Both the position numbers and the translations under genes were made by a program. A stretch of DNA of 32,000 bases from Isorropodon fossajaponicum endosymbiont JTNG4 (GTDB lineage Bacteria; Pseudomonadota; Gammaproteobacteria; PS1; Pseudothioglobaceae): NCBI RefSeq assembly GCF_016592615.1, contig NZ_AP013043.1, forward strand, positions 570,001 to 602,000, read 5' to 3'. Below the pieces are notes generated by a model, which was given only the letters and a program-made list of their open reading frames with translations, was not told the DNA's origin and did no database searches. Below are positions 18,484-32,000 of the stretch, piece after piece (the stretch's first letter is position 1; every line of letters starts with the position of its first letter).

Positions 18484-18933
18484 ATGAGCATATTAGACAA
18501 ATGGGATGAGCGCTACTTATCACTAGCAAAAGAGGTTTCTACTTGGTCAAAAGACCCTTCTACACAAGTAGGTGCCATTACTGTAGGTCGCAAAAAAGAG
18601 GTTTTATCCCAAGGATTTAATGGTTTCCCAAGAGGGATTCATGACACTGATGAGCGTTATAATCATCGGGAAACCAAATATCAATTTGTGGTCCATGCAG
18701 AAATGAACGCTATTTATAATGCCACTTATTCTGGCACTTCTCTTGATGGTGCAACCTTGTATGTTTACGGACTGCCTATTTGCTCAGAATGTGCCAAAGG
18801 TATTATTCAAGTTGGCATTAAAAGAGTGGTGATAGAAAAATCAAAAGAGTTAGACAATTGGAACCAAAGCGTTGGACTCTCACAAGAAATGTTTATTGAG
18901 GCTGGTGTTGAATTGGTAATTAAAGATCAATGA
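18484..18933 (+). CDS. dCMP deaminase family (CMP/dCMP zinc-binding deaminase)
   Basis: HAEMNAI and PICSECA zinc-ligand motifs, 149 aa. The stop overlaps the prfC start (ATGA). Confidence 0.8.
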   Translation: MSILDKWDERYLSLAKEVSTWSKDPSTQVGAITVGRKKEVLSQGFNGFPRGIHDTDERYNHRETKYQFVVHAEMNAIYNATYSGTSLDGATLYVYGLPICSECAKGIIQVGIKRVVIEKSKELDNWNQSVGLSQEMFIEAGVELVIKDQ

Positions 18934-20498
18934 ACGAGATATCCAAACGCCGCACTTTTGCGATTATTTCTCACCCTGATGCCGGCAAAACCACAGTCAC
19001 CGAAAAACTGCTATTGTATGCAGGTGCGATTAAAACAGCGGGTAGTGTTAAGGCACGCAAAGCCAGCATACACGCGACGTCTGATTGGATGGAAATGGAA
19101 AAAGAAAGAGGAATTTCTATCACTTCATCCATCATGCAATTTGAATATGATAATCATGTGATTAACTTATTAGACACACCAGGACATGAGGATTTTTCTG
19201 AGGATACCTATCGCACCCTCACGGCAGTAGATTCAGCACTTATGGTTATTGACGTTGCTAAAGGCGTAGAAATGCGGACTGTTAAGCTTATGGAGGTGTG
19301 TCGTTTGCGTGACACACCAATTCTAACTTTTATCAATAAGCTAGATCGTGAAGGCAAAGCGCCAATTGATTTACTAGATGAAGTAGAAACCGTACTTAAT
19401 ATTGAATGTGCGCCCATTACTTGGCCAATTGGCATGGGTAAACGCTTTAAAGGCGTTGTTCACTTGCTTGAAGATAAAGTTTATTTATATGAAACTGGGA
19501 AGAATTCTGAAATTGGTGAACATATTATTATTGACGGTGTTAACAATTCTCAACTTGATGAAATTTTAGGTGAAGATGTCACTCTTGAAATGCGTGAAGA
19601 GGTTGAGCTTATTCGCGAGACAACTACGCCATTTAGTGTAGATGCGTTTCTAGCTGGCAAACAAACCCCAGTATTTTTTGGCTCAGCCATTTCAAACTTT
19701 GGTATTCAAAATCTGCTTGATGGCTTTATCCAGTACGCACCTATGCCAAAAAATCGTGAATCAGACACGCGAGAAGTCAAGCCCGATGAAGACAAACTGA
19801 CTGGCTTTGTTTTCAAAATTCAAGCTAATATGGATCCAAAACACCATGATCGTCTTGCTTTTATGCGCATTGTTAGTGGGCAGTACAAAAAGGGCATGAA
19901 AGTCCTGCAAGTATCAACCAACAAACAAATCAAAATTAGTAATGCAGTGACTTTTATGTCGCGCGAACGCACCTGTACAGAGGCGGCCTACGCTGGCGAT
20001 GTGATTGGTATTCACAACCATGGTGGTATTAGCATTGGCGATACCTTTACCCAAGGCGAAAAACTCACTTTTCAGGGTATTCCAAATTTTGCACCAGAGC
20101 TGTTCCGTCGCGCTCAACTTAAAGACCCACTCAAAGCCAAAGCCTTACAAAAAGGCTTAAATCAGCTTTCGGAAGAAGGCGCAACCCAAGTATTTCGTCC
20201 AATTATCAACTCATCGCAAATTCTAGGTGCTGTTGGTATTTTGCAATTTGATGTAGTTGCACATCGCTTAAAATATGAATACGGTGTTGATTGTCAATTT
20301 GAAACCATTAACATTGCAACGGCGCGCTGGGTGATAGGCAGTGACAAAGACATCGAGCAACTTAAAATCAAAGCAGGTAATAATGTTGCTATTGATGCAA
20401 AAGGCATGCTCACTTATCTTGCACCATCTAGTGTTAACTTGCAATTAACCATAGAACGCCACCCTAACTTGGTTTTTTCAGCAACCCGTGAGCATTAA
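18930..20498 (+). CDS. prfC: peptide chain release factor 3
   Basis: [31 protein letters not shown] and NKLDR GTPase motifs. 522 aa, the length and layout of RF3. Confidence 0.92.
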   Translation: MNEISKRRTFAIISHPDAGKTTVTEKLLLYAGAIKTAGSVKARKASIHATSDWMEMEKERGISITSSIMQFEYDNHVINLLDTPGHEDFSEDTYRTLTAVDSALMVIDVAKGVEMRTVKLMEVCRLRDTPILTFINKLDREGKAPIDLLDEVETVLNIECAPITWPIGMGKRFKGVVHLLEDKVYLYETGKNSEIGEHIIIDGVNNSQLDEILGEDVTLEMREEVELIRETTTPFSVDAFLAGKQTPVFFGSAISNFGIQNLLDGFIQYAPMPKNRESDTREVKPDEDKLTGFVFKIQANMDPKHHDRLAFMRIVSGQYKKGMKVLQVSTNKQIKISNAVTFMSRERTCTEAAYAGDVIGIHNHGGISIGDTFTQGEKLTFQGIPNFAPELFRRAQLKDPLKAKALQKGLNQLSEEGATQVFRPIINSSQILGAVGILQFDVVAHRLKYEYGVDCQFETINIATARWVIGSDKDIEQLKIKAGNNVAIDAKGMLTYLAPSSVNLQLTIERHPNLVFSATREH

Positions 20499-20548
20499 TT
20501 AAAAAAATTGCTTGAATGGCACACAAGGCTTCACCACGCCATTTACTC

Positions 20549-21109
20549 TTAAATTCTCTTACCTAGCATCCTTTTTAAAGTACTGTCTTTATCCATGAAG
20601 TGATGCTTAATAGCACCCGCTAAATGTAGAAAAATAGCGATAATCATAGTCCAACCAGCATTGGCATGAGTGCCACTCATAAAACTAGCAAGAGCAGCAT
20701 TATGTGCAATTGCTTTTTTAGCCACTGGATCAAAATTAGCGGCAACAATTTCCAAACCAAACACTGAAACGCCATAACCGCCTGCGCCTGACATAATAAA
20801 TCCTGAAATTGGCATAACAATCGTTGCAATAATTAACACCCAGTGTACAATTTTTGATAAATTATATTCAATCTTTGTGTAATTAGCTGCAGGTTGCAAC
20901 CAGCCATTAACAAAACGCCAATAAATTCTAATAACAATCACGACAAAAATCAAAACACCAATTGACTTATGGATAGGATAAAGTGTAAACACTTCATTCT
21001 CGCTCATATAAACACCAATTACCTCTAAAGTGATGATTACCAAGCCAACTACCCAATGCAACAGCACTGTCAAGCCAGATAATTTTTGTTTCGTATCTTT
21101 ATTTATCAT
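20549..21109 (-). CDS. cytochrome b561 family protein (CybB-like)
   Basis: Four TM helices with conserved His (LLHW..., IHKS.G, VHW, LHLAGAIKHHF.DKDSTLKRML), as in E. coli CybB. Confidence 0.8.
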   Translation of the reverse strand: MINKDTKQKLSGLTVLLHWVVGLVIITLEVIGVYMSENEVFTLYPIHKSIGVLIFVVIVIRIYWRFVNGWLQPAANYTKIEYNLSKIVHWVLIIATIVMPISGFIMSGAGGYGVSVFGLEIVAANFDPVAKKAIAHNAALASFMSGTHANAGWTMIIAIFLHLAGAIKHHFMDKDSTLKRMLGKRI

Positions 21110-21183
21110 AATATTTACTTTTCATCCTTAAAAAATTATTAAGGCGTGCAAAAAACTCTTAAACCTGTTATCACTTCTCAAAT

Positions 21184-22235
21184 TTAAAAAAGAAGATTTT
21201 TATAATCCAATTGCAAACTGTGATATTTGAAAAGATTGCTAAAATACGACAACTTTACATTTTGCTCATTAATTTGAGATTCTATCACGTATCTAAGTTC
21301 GGTATTGCCATTGGCATATTTTTTTTCGAACTCTTGTGTTTTTGTTGTATTAATTATGAGTTGCTCCTTATTTATATCAAGAATTTTTTCAAAGCGCTTA
21401 ATTGCATCAAGGTACTATCATTACTATCTTGTAACTCTAAGATCTTATCTTTCCTACTTAAATTTAATATTCTTAACTCGTTTTTTTTGAAATCAAACCA
21501 CTATTAAGAGATTTTTTTAATGGAAAAGCAATGCTAAACCCTACATTCAAAATATTATCATTTCTAGTACTACTAAAAATAGATTTACTACTTCTAACTG
21601 TTTGCGTACCTAGACTTAAATCCACTTTTGGCTTACTTTGATTGCTCAAACTACGTATCTTTCTATGAATTTTAGTTTTTTTAAATTCTAAATTTTTAAT
21701 GGTGTTTAAATTATTAATTTTCAACCCATCAACCACATCTATAATTTTTCTAGTTTTAGATCATTATTTTTAATTTTAATGCCTGTTAAATTTTGTAATT
21801 CTTTATTAATACTTTGTAATTCTCGCTGGACCTCCTCTATCAGGCTAATATTTTGATTTTGATAATTATTTGTTTGCAACAACACATCTGACTTATCTAC
21901 CAAATTACTTTTAAATCTTTGGTTTATCAAATTTAATTGTCTTTTTCCATTGGCAAGGCTTTTATTGGCGATATTTACCTTGTGTTCTAAAAATTTCATT
22001 TTCCAAAACTTTTTTAGACTATTGTTAATAAAATTATTTGTATTAATTTCCACTTGCAAATTACCTATTTTTTGATTGATAAGCGCTAAATCTGTATCAA
22101 GCGTGGTATTGATGCCTGCTTTATTTTTTGCCAAGCCGTTAGAAGTGTCTATTTTTCTAGAAAAGTTCCAATCAAGATATGAATTTGCAATATTATTATC
22201 AATCGACAAACCATCATTAATACTATTTTGAATTT
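21184..22235 (-). pseudogene. outer-membrane efflux factor (TolC-like), N-terminally truncated with several stops and frameshifts
   Basis: The minus-strand pieces carry coiled-coil and beta-barrel repeats typical of OMFs, for example ...LINQRFKSNLVDKSDVLLQTNNYQNQNISLIEEVQRELQSINKELQNLTG. Hand translation of 21190-21480 gives ...EKKYANGNTELRYVIESQINEQNVKLSYFSNLFKYHSLQLDYKNLLF, ending in TAA at 21186-21184. Confidence 0.5.
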
Positions 22236-22964
22236 CAATATTGATTAAATACAAGCAGGGCAATAAAACCAGTGTTAATATTGAAGCAAATAACAAGCCA
22301 TTGCCCATTGCCATTGGTCTAAGCAATAAATCTATGCCCCCGAACCATACACCATTGGTAAAATTCCAGCCAAGGTTGTTAGTGTTGTTAACACAATCGC
22401 TCGTAATCTATCTTTAGTACCAGAAGCAATTAACCCAATTATTTCTTCCTTTTCTTGTGTTGGATTAATTTTCTTGTGATTTAAATGATTAACTAATACA
22501 AGAGAGCCATTAACAACAACACCCACTAATGCCAACGTACCCAACATTGAAAAGAAACTTAACGAGTCACCATGGAGGAAAAATGCCCAAATAACGCCAA
22601 TTACCCCAGAAGGGATTGATAACAAAACCAATATAGGTTGTGAGTAGGAATTAAATAATAGACTTAATAACAAAAACATTGCTAATATAAAAGCATTTTT
22701 AAAGTCTTGCATGGATTGTTTATCCTCTTTGCCGCCGCCTTCTACCACGGTACGAATGTTGGGAAATTTCTGTTTGATGTTAAATTTTTCAAAAATATCT
22801 TTAATCGCAATGGATGAACTTGTTGCTTTATCATCAATACTGGCGCTGATTAAAACTGATTGCTGCCCTTGATAATGGTTGTAATCTGACTCTCCACTGA
22901 TGTGTTGTAATGTTGTAAATTGAGCAAATGCAATTGCTTTTAATGTGCCTGCAATATGTTTCGC
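22236..22964 (-). pseudogene. RND-family efflux transporter, C-terminal about 240 codons only, frameshifted
   Basis: ...AFILAMFLLLSLLFNSYSQPILVLLSIPSGVIGVIWAFFLHG.SLSFFSMLGTLALVGVVVNGSLVLVNH...RLRAIVLTTLTTLAGILPMVYGSG, then in another frame LRPMAMGNGLLFASILTLVLLPCLYLI. These are TM helices 10-12 of RND pumps. The frame switch lies at a G5 run near 22336-22340. Confidence 0.7.
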
Positions 22965-23177
22965 TTATTCTTTATTCATGAAATTATTTTATCATTCAAA
23001 TAGAAAAAAAATTAATCATTGACTTGTTTCTTAAAACAATAAAGAAGTAATATCAAAAAAACCAAATTCATTTTGAATTACCCACAACAACCTGAAATAG
23101 CACATACCATACTGCAATAGTCTAATTTTATTGGACACAAAGATAGCCTTATAATACAAACCATAAGGAGGTCAGTA

Positions 23178-23529
23178 ATGACACAATATAAATCAAGAAA
23201 ACAACGAGTGACTTTTACCGTTGAACATTCTGTTCAATACCCCCTTGAGGGGGAAACACTAGATTATGCCAAACTCATGGTGCATGAGAATTACACCAAT
23301 AAAAAAAATCATGATAATATCAGGAGCTTGCTCCTCAGCAGTTAGCAGATGGAGAAAACAATACCTAGCAGAGCTTGGTGGACAAACACCAGAGTCAGGC
23401 AAAGCGCTGACTTCTGAACAACAAACAATACAACTGCTTGAGAAACAACTTTGGCGCGCACAAAGGGACAATGAAATCTTAAAAAAGGCAACAGCCTTGT
23501 TCGCTGTGGACAATCACCAAGTGATATGA
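23178..23529 (+). pseudogene. ISb OrfA, native N-terminus out of frame with the rest at an A8 tract
   Basis: From ATG 23178: MTQYKSRKQRVTFTVEH...LDYAKLMVHENYTNKK, then the A8 run (23301-23308). This frame stops at TAG 23343-23345. The HTH/zipper part (...SSAVSRWRKQY...ILKKATALF) continues in the +1 frame to 23529. An A7 tract would make one continuous OrfA. Confidence 0.7.
23481..23487 (+). promoter_or_regulatory. A_AAA_AAG -1 programmed frameshift heptamer of ISb
   Basis: TTA AAA AAG is in phase with orfA. The -1 frame is the orfB frame. Confidence 0.65.
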
Positions 23530-23654
23530 TTATCAAGATAAACAAGGCTTGCCAACAATACAATACTAAAGAATTATGAGCATTACTCAAACTTCCTCGC
23601 AGTAGTTATTACTATCAAGTCAAAGATAAGCGAGTAAACAACAACACCAACGCT

Positions 23655-24383
23655 ATGATTAAATTAATCAAACAAACTGCTATTGAAGTCGGATACACCT
23701 ATGGCAAACGCAGAATGCGAGTAGTTTTGAATAACCAAGGTTATAACATTGGTATTTACCAAACTGCAACGCTAATGAAAAAAGCCAATGTAGTTGCCAT
23801 ACGCCCAAGAAAGCGTCATTATTACCCTAATACTAGATTGATGTTTAAAAAGGCAAAAAACCTATTAAATCGTGTGTTTGAGCAGCAATCAATTAATACG
23901 CATTGGGTTGGTGATATTACCTATATCAAAACCTATCAAGGTGGGAGTTATTTAGCCAGTGTGTTGGATTTAGGCTCAAGACAAGTTGTTGGTTGGGCAT
24001 TGTCAAAACAGCCTAATGCTCAGTTGGCAAAGGATGCGCTTAGTAATGCTGTGTCTAGACACCAGCCCAATACAAATAAACACATGTTCCACTCTGATCA
24101 AGGGACTCAATACTCTTCTAAAGTTTTTATTGATTATTGCAACAAGAACAACATTACTCAAAGCATGAGCAGGCGAGGTAATTGTTGGGATAATGCGGTC
24201 ATGGAGCGTTTCTTTAGAAGTCTGAAGACTGAGAGATTAAATTATCAAAGTTTTGCAAATCATAGTGAAGTCGTGCAAAATGTAGAGGGTTATATCTACT
24301 TGTATAATTACAAAAGGATTCATTCAGCGATTGGGTATTTAACACCTGCTCAAAAGATGGCTGAATTGAAAAAAGCGGCTTGA
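23655..24383 (+). CDS. ISb OrfB transposase (DDE core, 242-aa ORF downstream of an in-frame TGA)
   Basis: Same product as copy 2. The orfB frame is open from the heptamer to TGA at 23577-23579 (..KACQQYNTKEL-stop-ALLKLPRSSYYYQ), then resumes. Confidence 0.85.
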   Translation: MIKLIKQTAIEVGYTYGKRRMRVVLNNQGYNIGIYQTATLMKKANVVAIRPRKRHYYPNTRLMFKKAKNLLNRVFEQQSINTHWVGDITYIKTYQGGSYLASVLDLGSRQVVGWALSKQPNAQLAKDALSNAVSRHQPNTNKHMFHSDQGTQYSSKVFIDYCNKNNITQSMSRRGNCWDNAVMERFFRSLKTERLNYQSFANHSEVVQNVEGYIYLYNYKRIHSAIGYLTPAQKMAELKKAA

Positions 24384-24412
24384 AATGTGTCCAAGTAGGT
24401 TAGAGCATTGCA

Positions 24413-25845
24413 AAGCGTGGTGTGATATACAAATGGCAGAAAAAGATGCCAGCCTAAATGATAAGGAAAAAAGTGACATCAAGCCAATAGAACGCACCAA
24501 AATGGTTATGACCAGAAGCAAGGACGATCCTAAAGAAATGTATGATTGGCTAGGCACAAAAGAGTACCGTAAAGAGTTGGACAAGCAATTTAAAAATGAA
24601 AAATCTAATTTTAAAATAGCCATTGTGGTGGATATGTGGCTGACAGGGTTTGATGTGCCATTTTTGGACTCAATTTATATTGACAAGCCAATCAAACAGC
24701 ACAACTTGATTTAAACCATTTCTCGAGTTAATCGAAAATTTAAAGGAAAAAAACAAAGGCTTGGTGATTGATTATATTGGTATTAAAAAGCAAATGAACC
24801 TTGCTTTAGCTAAATACAATCAAGGCGAAAGAGAAGACTTAGAAGAATCTTTAATCATCGTTAGAAATCATTTGGATTTGTTGGATAAAGTTTTTCATCA
24901 ATTTGATGGCTCGAACTATTTTAATGATACCGCATTAGAACAGCTAGATACTTTGAATGGGGCAGTTGAATACGTGCAACTCACCAAAGTGCTTGAAATT
25001 CGTTTTATGGGGTTGGTAAAACACTTAAAAGCCGCTTATGATATTTGTGCAGGTAGTGAGTAATTAACGCCAATAGAAAGGGATTTTGTGCATTTTTATT
25101 TAGCTATTCGTTCAATCGTTTTTAAGCTAACAAACGACAATGCACCTGACACCACCCAAATGAATGCTAAAGTTCGTGACATGATAAGAAATGCTTTAAA
25201 AAGTGATGGCGTTGAAGAAATTTTTAAACTTGGTAATGAGGCAGAAACTGAGCAAGATATTTTTGATGAAGATTATTTGGCAAAAATTGATAAAATAAAA
25301 CTACCCAACACAAAGATAAAGTTACTACAGCAACTCTTAGCGCAAGCCATTGCAGAAATTAAAAAAGTTAAAAAAGTTAAAGGGGTTGATTTTTCTAAAA
25401 AATGCAATCTTTAGTTGAACGCTACAATGAAAGAAAAGAAGACGACGTATTGCGTGGTGAAGTTTACGAAGAAATGGCCAATCAACTCACTGATTTAATT
25501 TGTCAAATTAAACAAGAGTTTTCAGCAGGTGATGTGCTGGGGATTGATTTTGAGCAAAAAGAATTTTACGATATTTTAAAAGACTTGTGCATTAAATATG
25601 ATTTTAAATACCCTGAGGACAAGCTTATTGAATTGGCAAAATCAGTTAAAAATTTAGTCAATGAACAAGTCAAATTTTCAGATTGGAACAAACGAGATGA
25701 TATTAAATCTGCTTTAAAGGTGGGACTGATATTATTGTTAGATAAATACGGCTATCCACCTGTGGAGCGGGACGAAATTTACAAGGATATTTTTGAACAG
25801 GCTGAAAATTTTAAAAAATATCATTCAGGCGATTCAATAAAGTAA
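24413..25845 (+). pseudogene. hsdR: type I restriction enzyme R subunit, C-terminal about 40% only, with 2 stops and 2 frameshifts
   Basis: ...FKIAIVVDMWLTGFDVPFLDSIYIDKPIKQHNLI(TAA 24712)TISRVNRKFKGK (A7 frameshift at 24747-24753) GLVIDYIGIKK.... TAA at about 25061. A6 frameshift at 25397-25402. C-terminal helical domain to 25845. Begins directly at the ISb right IR. Confidence 0.8.
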
Positions 25846-25877
25846 AATACCCATCTTTTATTTTTATAATTTTTTTC

Positions 25878-27794
25878 ATGCCGATTATCACCCTGCCAGA
25901 CGGAACCCAAAAAACATTTGAGCAGGCGCTTAGCGTTGCGCAAGTGGCAAAGTCTATTGGCTCGGGTTTGGCTAAAGCTGCATTGGCTGGTGAGGTTGGT
26001 GGTGAGTTGGTTGATACGTCGTTTTTAATCAAGACAGATGTTAATCTTGAGATTATTACGGCGAGTGATGACAAAGGGCTTGGGGTTATTCGCCATTCTA
26101 CAGCGCACTTATTGGCACAAGCCACGCAAATGCTTTATCCAAAGGCACAAGTGACAATTGGTCCTGTGATTGACAATGGTTTTTATTATGATTTTGCATA
26201 TTCAGATGGCTTTTCAGAGGGTGATTTAGCCAAAATTGAAAAAAATATGCACAAACTGGTTAAGCAAAATCTTAAGATTGAAAGATTTGAGATGGGTCGT
26301 GATGAAGCGATACAATTTTTTAAAGATAAGGGCGAGTATTACAAAGCTGAAATTATTGAGTCAATTCCTGTGGATCAAACATTATCTTTGTATAAGCAAG
26401 GGAATTTTATTGACCTTTGCCGTGGACCACATGTACCTTCGACTGCTAAGTTAAAAGCCTTTAAATTAATGAAATTGGCAGGTGCTTACTGGCGTGGTGA
26501 CTCTAATAATGAAATGTTACAACGTGTGTATGGCACAGCTTGGGCAACCAAGCAAGATTTAGAAACACATTTGCACAGATTGGAAGAAGCTTCAAACCGC
26601 GACCATCGTAAAATTGGCAAAATTCAAGACTTGTTTCACATGCAAGAAGAAGCACCAGGCATGGTATTTTGGCACGCCAAAGGTTGGACATTGTACCAAT
26701 TGGTTGAGCAAACTATGCGCGGTATTTTCAAAGATAATGGCTATCAAGAGGTACATACACCACAATTAATTGATAAAAGCCTTTGGGAAAAATCAGGCCA
26801 TTGGGATAAATTTGGCGATGCTATGTTTACCACCAGCTCTGAAAATCGTGATTATGCAGTGAAACCCATGAATTGTCCTGCACATATCCAAATTTATAAC
26901 CAGGGCTTAAAATCTTATCGTGATTTACCACTGCGCTTGGCAGAGTTTGGCTCGTGCCATCGCAATGAGCCTTCAGGTACGTTGCACGGTATTATGCGTG
27001 TGCGTAATTTTGTACAAGATGATGGCCATATTTTTTGTACGCCTGAGCAAATTCAAGTTGAGGTTTCAACCTTTATTGATTTGACTTTTGCTGTGTATAA
27101 GCATTTTGGTTTTGATAACGTTGATATTAAACTTTCAACTCGTCCAGAAAATCGTGTGGGTTCAGACGAGGTATGGGATAAAGCCGAGGCGGCATTAGCA
27201 GAAGCACTTGATGCCAAAGGTATTAAATGGGAATTGCAAGAAGGCGAAGGTGCATTCTACGGGCCTAAAATTGAGTTTGTATTAAAAGATTGCCTAGAAC
27301 GACAGTGGCAGTGTGGTACATTGCAAGTAGATTTTTCTATGCCAGAGCGCCTAGGCGCGCAATTCATTGATGAGAATAGTGTAAAGCAAACCCCTGTCAT
27401 GTTGCACCGTGCAATTTTGGGTTCGCTAGAACGATTTGTGGGTATTTTAATTGAACATTACGAGGGCGCGTACCCTTGTTGGTTAGCACCTATTCAAGCA
27501 GTTATTATTAATATTTCTGAAAAACAAGCAGATTTTGTTATCGGTACAACTAAAAAGTTAAAAAAACAAGGACTTAGAGTCATTTCGGACTTGCGGAATG
27601 AGAAGATAGGCTTTAAAATACGCGAGCATTCATTACAACGTTATCCTTATATTTTAATCGTGGGTGATCGTGAAATGGAAAATAGTCAAATTTCAGTACG
27701 GCAACGTGGCGGTGAAGATTTAGGTGCAATGAGTATTGAAGCGTTTGTAGAAAAGGTAAACCAGGAGACATTATTAAAAAAACAAATAAAGTAA
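25878..27794 (+). CDS. thrS: threonine--tRNA ligase
   Basis: 638 aa. TGS N-terminus MPIITLPDG..., [10 protein letters not shown] editing domain, class II core ([24 protein letters not shown]). Confidence 0.95.
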   Translation: MPIITLPDGTQKTFEQALSVAQVAKSIGSGLAKAALAGEVGGELVDTSFLIKTDVNLEIITASDDKGLGVIRHSTAHLLAQATQMLYPKAQVTIGPVIDNGFYYDFAYSDGFSEGDLAKIEKNMHKLVKQNLKIERFEMGRDEAIQFFKDKGEYYKAEIIESIPVDQTLSLYKQGNFIDLCRGPHVPSTAKLKAFKLMKLAGAYWRGDSNNEMLQRVYGTAWATKQDLETHLHRLEEASNRDHRKIGKIQDLFHMQEEAPGMVFWHAKGWTLYQLVEQTMRGIFKDNGYQEVHTPQLIDKSLWEKSGHWDKFGDAMFTTSSENRDYAVKPMNCPAHIQIYNQGLKSYRDLPLRLAEFGSCHRNEPSGTLHGIMRVRNFVQDDGHIFCTPEQIQVEVSTFIDLTFAVYKHFGFDNVDIKLSTRPENRVGSDEVWDKAEAALAEALDAKGIKWELQEGEGAFYGPKIEFVLKDCLERQWQCGTLQVDFSMPERLGAQFIDENSVKQTPVMLHRAILGSLERFVGILIEHYEGAYPCWLAPIQAVIINISEKQADFVIGTTKKLKKQGLRVISDLRNEKIGFKIREHSLQRYPYILIVGDREMENSQISVRQRGGEDLGAMSIEAFVEKVNQETLLKKQIK

Positions 27795-28303
27795 AAACTC
27801 GAATTAATGACACCATTAGAGTAGCAGAAGTTCGACTGATTGACGCTAAAGGCGAGCAACTTGGTATTGTTGATACCGATATTGCGAAGCAAAAAGCAAC
27901 GCAGGCTGGGCTAGATTTAGTAGAGGTTTCTCCCAATGCTCAGCCACCTGTTTGCAAGATTATGGATTTTGGTAAGTTTCTTTATGAATTAAAGAAACAA
28001 AAGAAAGAAGCTAAGAAGAAACAAAAAAGAAACACAGTTAAAACCATTAAGTATCGTCCAGGCACCGAAGAGGGTGATTATCAAATTAAATTTAAGAATT
28101 TGGTGAAATTTTTAGACAATGGTGACAAGGTTAAAGTTAGTATTTGGTTCCGCGGTCGCGAAATGCAACACAAGGAACTAGGCATGGAAATGCTAGACAG
28201 AATTGAAAAGGACACAGAAGAATTTGCCAATGTAGAGCAAAAGGCAAAATTAGAGGGTCGTCAGCTAGGCATGATGCTGGCACCCAAATCAAAGAAAAAG
28301 TAA
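27773..28303 (+). CDS. infC: translation initiation factor IF-3, ATT start codon
   Basis: The track only finds the internal Met at 27962. The frame is open from 27740. AGGAG lies at 27763-27767, followed by ATT ATT (27770, 27773). From there: [32 protein letters not shown]...[18 protein letters not shown] matches the IF3 N-domain. Overlaps the thrS 3' end. Confidence 0.85.
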   Translation: MKKTNKVKTRINDTIRVAEVRLIDAKGEQLGIVDTDIAKQKATQAGLDLVEVSPNAQPPVCKIMDFGKFLYELKKQKKEAKKKQKRNTVKTIKYRPGTEEGDYQIKFKNLVKFLDNGDKVKVSIWFRGREMQHKELGMEMLDRIEKDTEEFANVEQKAKLEGRQLGMMLAPKSKKK

Positions 28304-28359
28304 GACTTAAAAAGTCTGAAAATAAAAAAAGCCTGATAGGGCAATAAAAGGAGTAAATG

Positions 28360-28557
28360 ATGCCAAAGTTAAAAACCAATAGAGGGGCTGCAAAGCGCTT
28401 CAAAAAAACTGCCAGTGGTGGTTATAAATGTAAACACTCTCACCTACGTCATATTCTGACCAAGAAGAGTACTTCTAGAAAACGCAGTTTGCGCGCACCA
28501 GACACGGTTGAGAAAGCCGATGTACCAATGGTTCGTAAAATGTTACCGTATAGTTAA
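28360..28557 (+). CDS. rpmI: 50S ribosomal protein L35
   Basis: [29 protein letters not shown] prefer the second ATG (28360), which has 6-nt spacing from AAGGAG. Confidence 0.9.
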   Translation: MPKLKTNRGAAKRFKKTASGGYKCKHSHLRHILTKKSTSRKRSLRAPDTVEKADVPMVRKMLPYS

Positions 28558-28574
28558 TTTAGGAGTATAAGAAA

Positions 28575-28934
28575 ATGGCAAGAGTATCAAGAGGTGTGCA
28601 AGCACACGCTAAACATAAGAAAATTTTAAAGAAAGCCAAGGGTTATTATGGCGCAAGATCTAAAGTATATCGCGCTGCTAAACAAGCGGTTATTAAAGCA
28701 GGGCAGTACGCGTATCGTGATCGTCGTCAAAGACGTCGTCAATTTCGCCGGCTTTGGATTGTGCGTATTAATGCTGAGGCACGTAATAACGGTTTAAGCT
28801 ATTCAAGAATGATTGATGGCATGAGCAAAGCAGGCATTGAAATTGATCGTAAAGTTTTATCAGACATTGCTATTTTTGATAAAGCGGCATTTGCAAAAAT
28901 TGCAGATCAGGCAAAACAGGCTTTAGTTGCATAA
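28575..28934 (+). CDS. rplT: 50S ribosomal protein L20
   Basis: [29 protein letters not shown]...[22 protein letters not shown]. Confidence 0.95.
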   Translation: MARVSRGVQAHAKHKKILKKAKGYYGARSKVYRAAKQAVIKAGQYAYRDRRQRRRQFRRLWIVRINAEARNNGLSYSRMIDGMSKAGIEIDRKVLSDIAIFDKAAFAKIADQAKQALVA

Positions 28935-28956
28935 TAAATAATAATAGGAGTTAGAT

Positions 28957-32000
<3,044 letters not shown>

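Larger units (their letters stand above)
23113..24412 (+). mobile_element. IS3-family element ISb, copy 3 (full length, both IRs)
   Basis: Left IR TGCAATAGTCTAATTTTATTGGACAC at 23113. Right IR ...GTGTCCAAGTAGGTTAGAGCATTGCA ends at 24412. 1300 bp. AAGGAGG at 23165-23171 precedes the orfA ATG at 23178. Confidence 0.9.

Noticed and set aside
20499-20548. Bidirectional terminator between convergent prfC and the cytochrome b561 gene
   Set aside because: Only a 6-bp stem (AATGGC/GCCATT) with a 17-nt loop, and the T-run is 8 nt away. Too weak to call.
21211-21507. Plus-strand ORFs 21211-21507 and 21305-21490
   Set aside because: AT-rich, Phe/Leu/Ile-dominated translations antisense to the TolC-like pseudogene. 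No start context.
23577-23579. Possibility that the in-frame TGA in ISb reflects an alternative genetic code (TGA=Trp) or selenocysteine
   Set aside because: TGA is used as a genuine stop in housekeeping genes here (proC at 9012-9014, sdhC at 13494-13496, pheS at 30453-30455). The expected residue is Cys in a transposase, and I see no SECIS-like context.

Overview
Visibly AT-rich chromosomal segment with gammaproteobacterial-type gene order (thrS-infC-rpmI-rplT-pheST), heavy IS activity and widespread gene decay. Bases 1-3855 are the end of a P4/PICI-like integrative island beside a tRNA 3' stub. On the minus strand it carries a P-loop replication-type ATPase (missed by the ORF track), an AlpA-like HTH gene, an unknown 276-aa ORF and a tyrosine integrase. 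Five IS copies follow, about 6.1 kb or 19% of the window by my count. They are a 5'-truncated IS3-family element (ISa, 3881-4940) fused head-to-head to a truncated copy of a second IS3-family element (ISb, 4941-6123), two full-length ISb copies in inverted orientation (13938-15236 and 23113-24412), and an IS5-family relic (10498-11720). Apparently intact housekeeping genes are bioA, gph, proC, a YfhL-type ferredoxin, a cyclophilin PPIase, mraY, dCMP deaminase, prfC, cytochrome b561, thrS, infC (ATT start), rpmI, rplT, a SlyB-like lipoprotein, pheS and pheT (partial, also missed by the track). Remnants and pseudogenes are sdhA (sdhC still open), an NTase-HEPN gene, an RND pump plus outer-membrane factor, hsdR, the transposases, and an unknown gene at 11.75-12.4 kb. 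I found no rRNA, complete tRNA or CRISPR array. I do not see an intact, coherent novel multi-gene system. The most interesting observations are: (1) all three ISb copies share the same two reading-frame lesions; (2) frameshifts recur at poly(A) tracts, including one that splits a cyclophilin-FKBP fusion; (3) IS copies bracket essential genes with no target-site duplications; (4) there are uncharacterised ORFs in the island and at 11.75-12.9 kb. All homology calls come from reading the translations by eye, with no database search.
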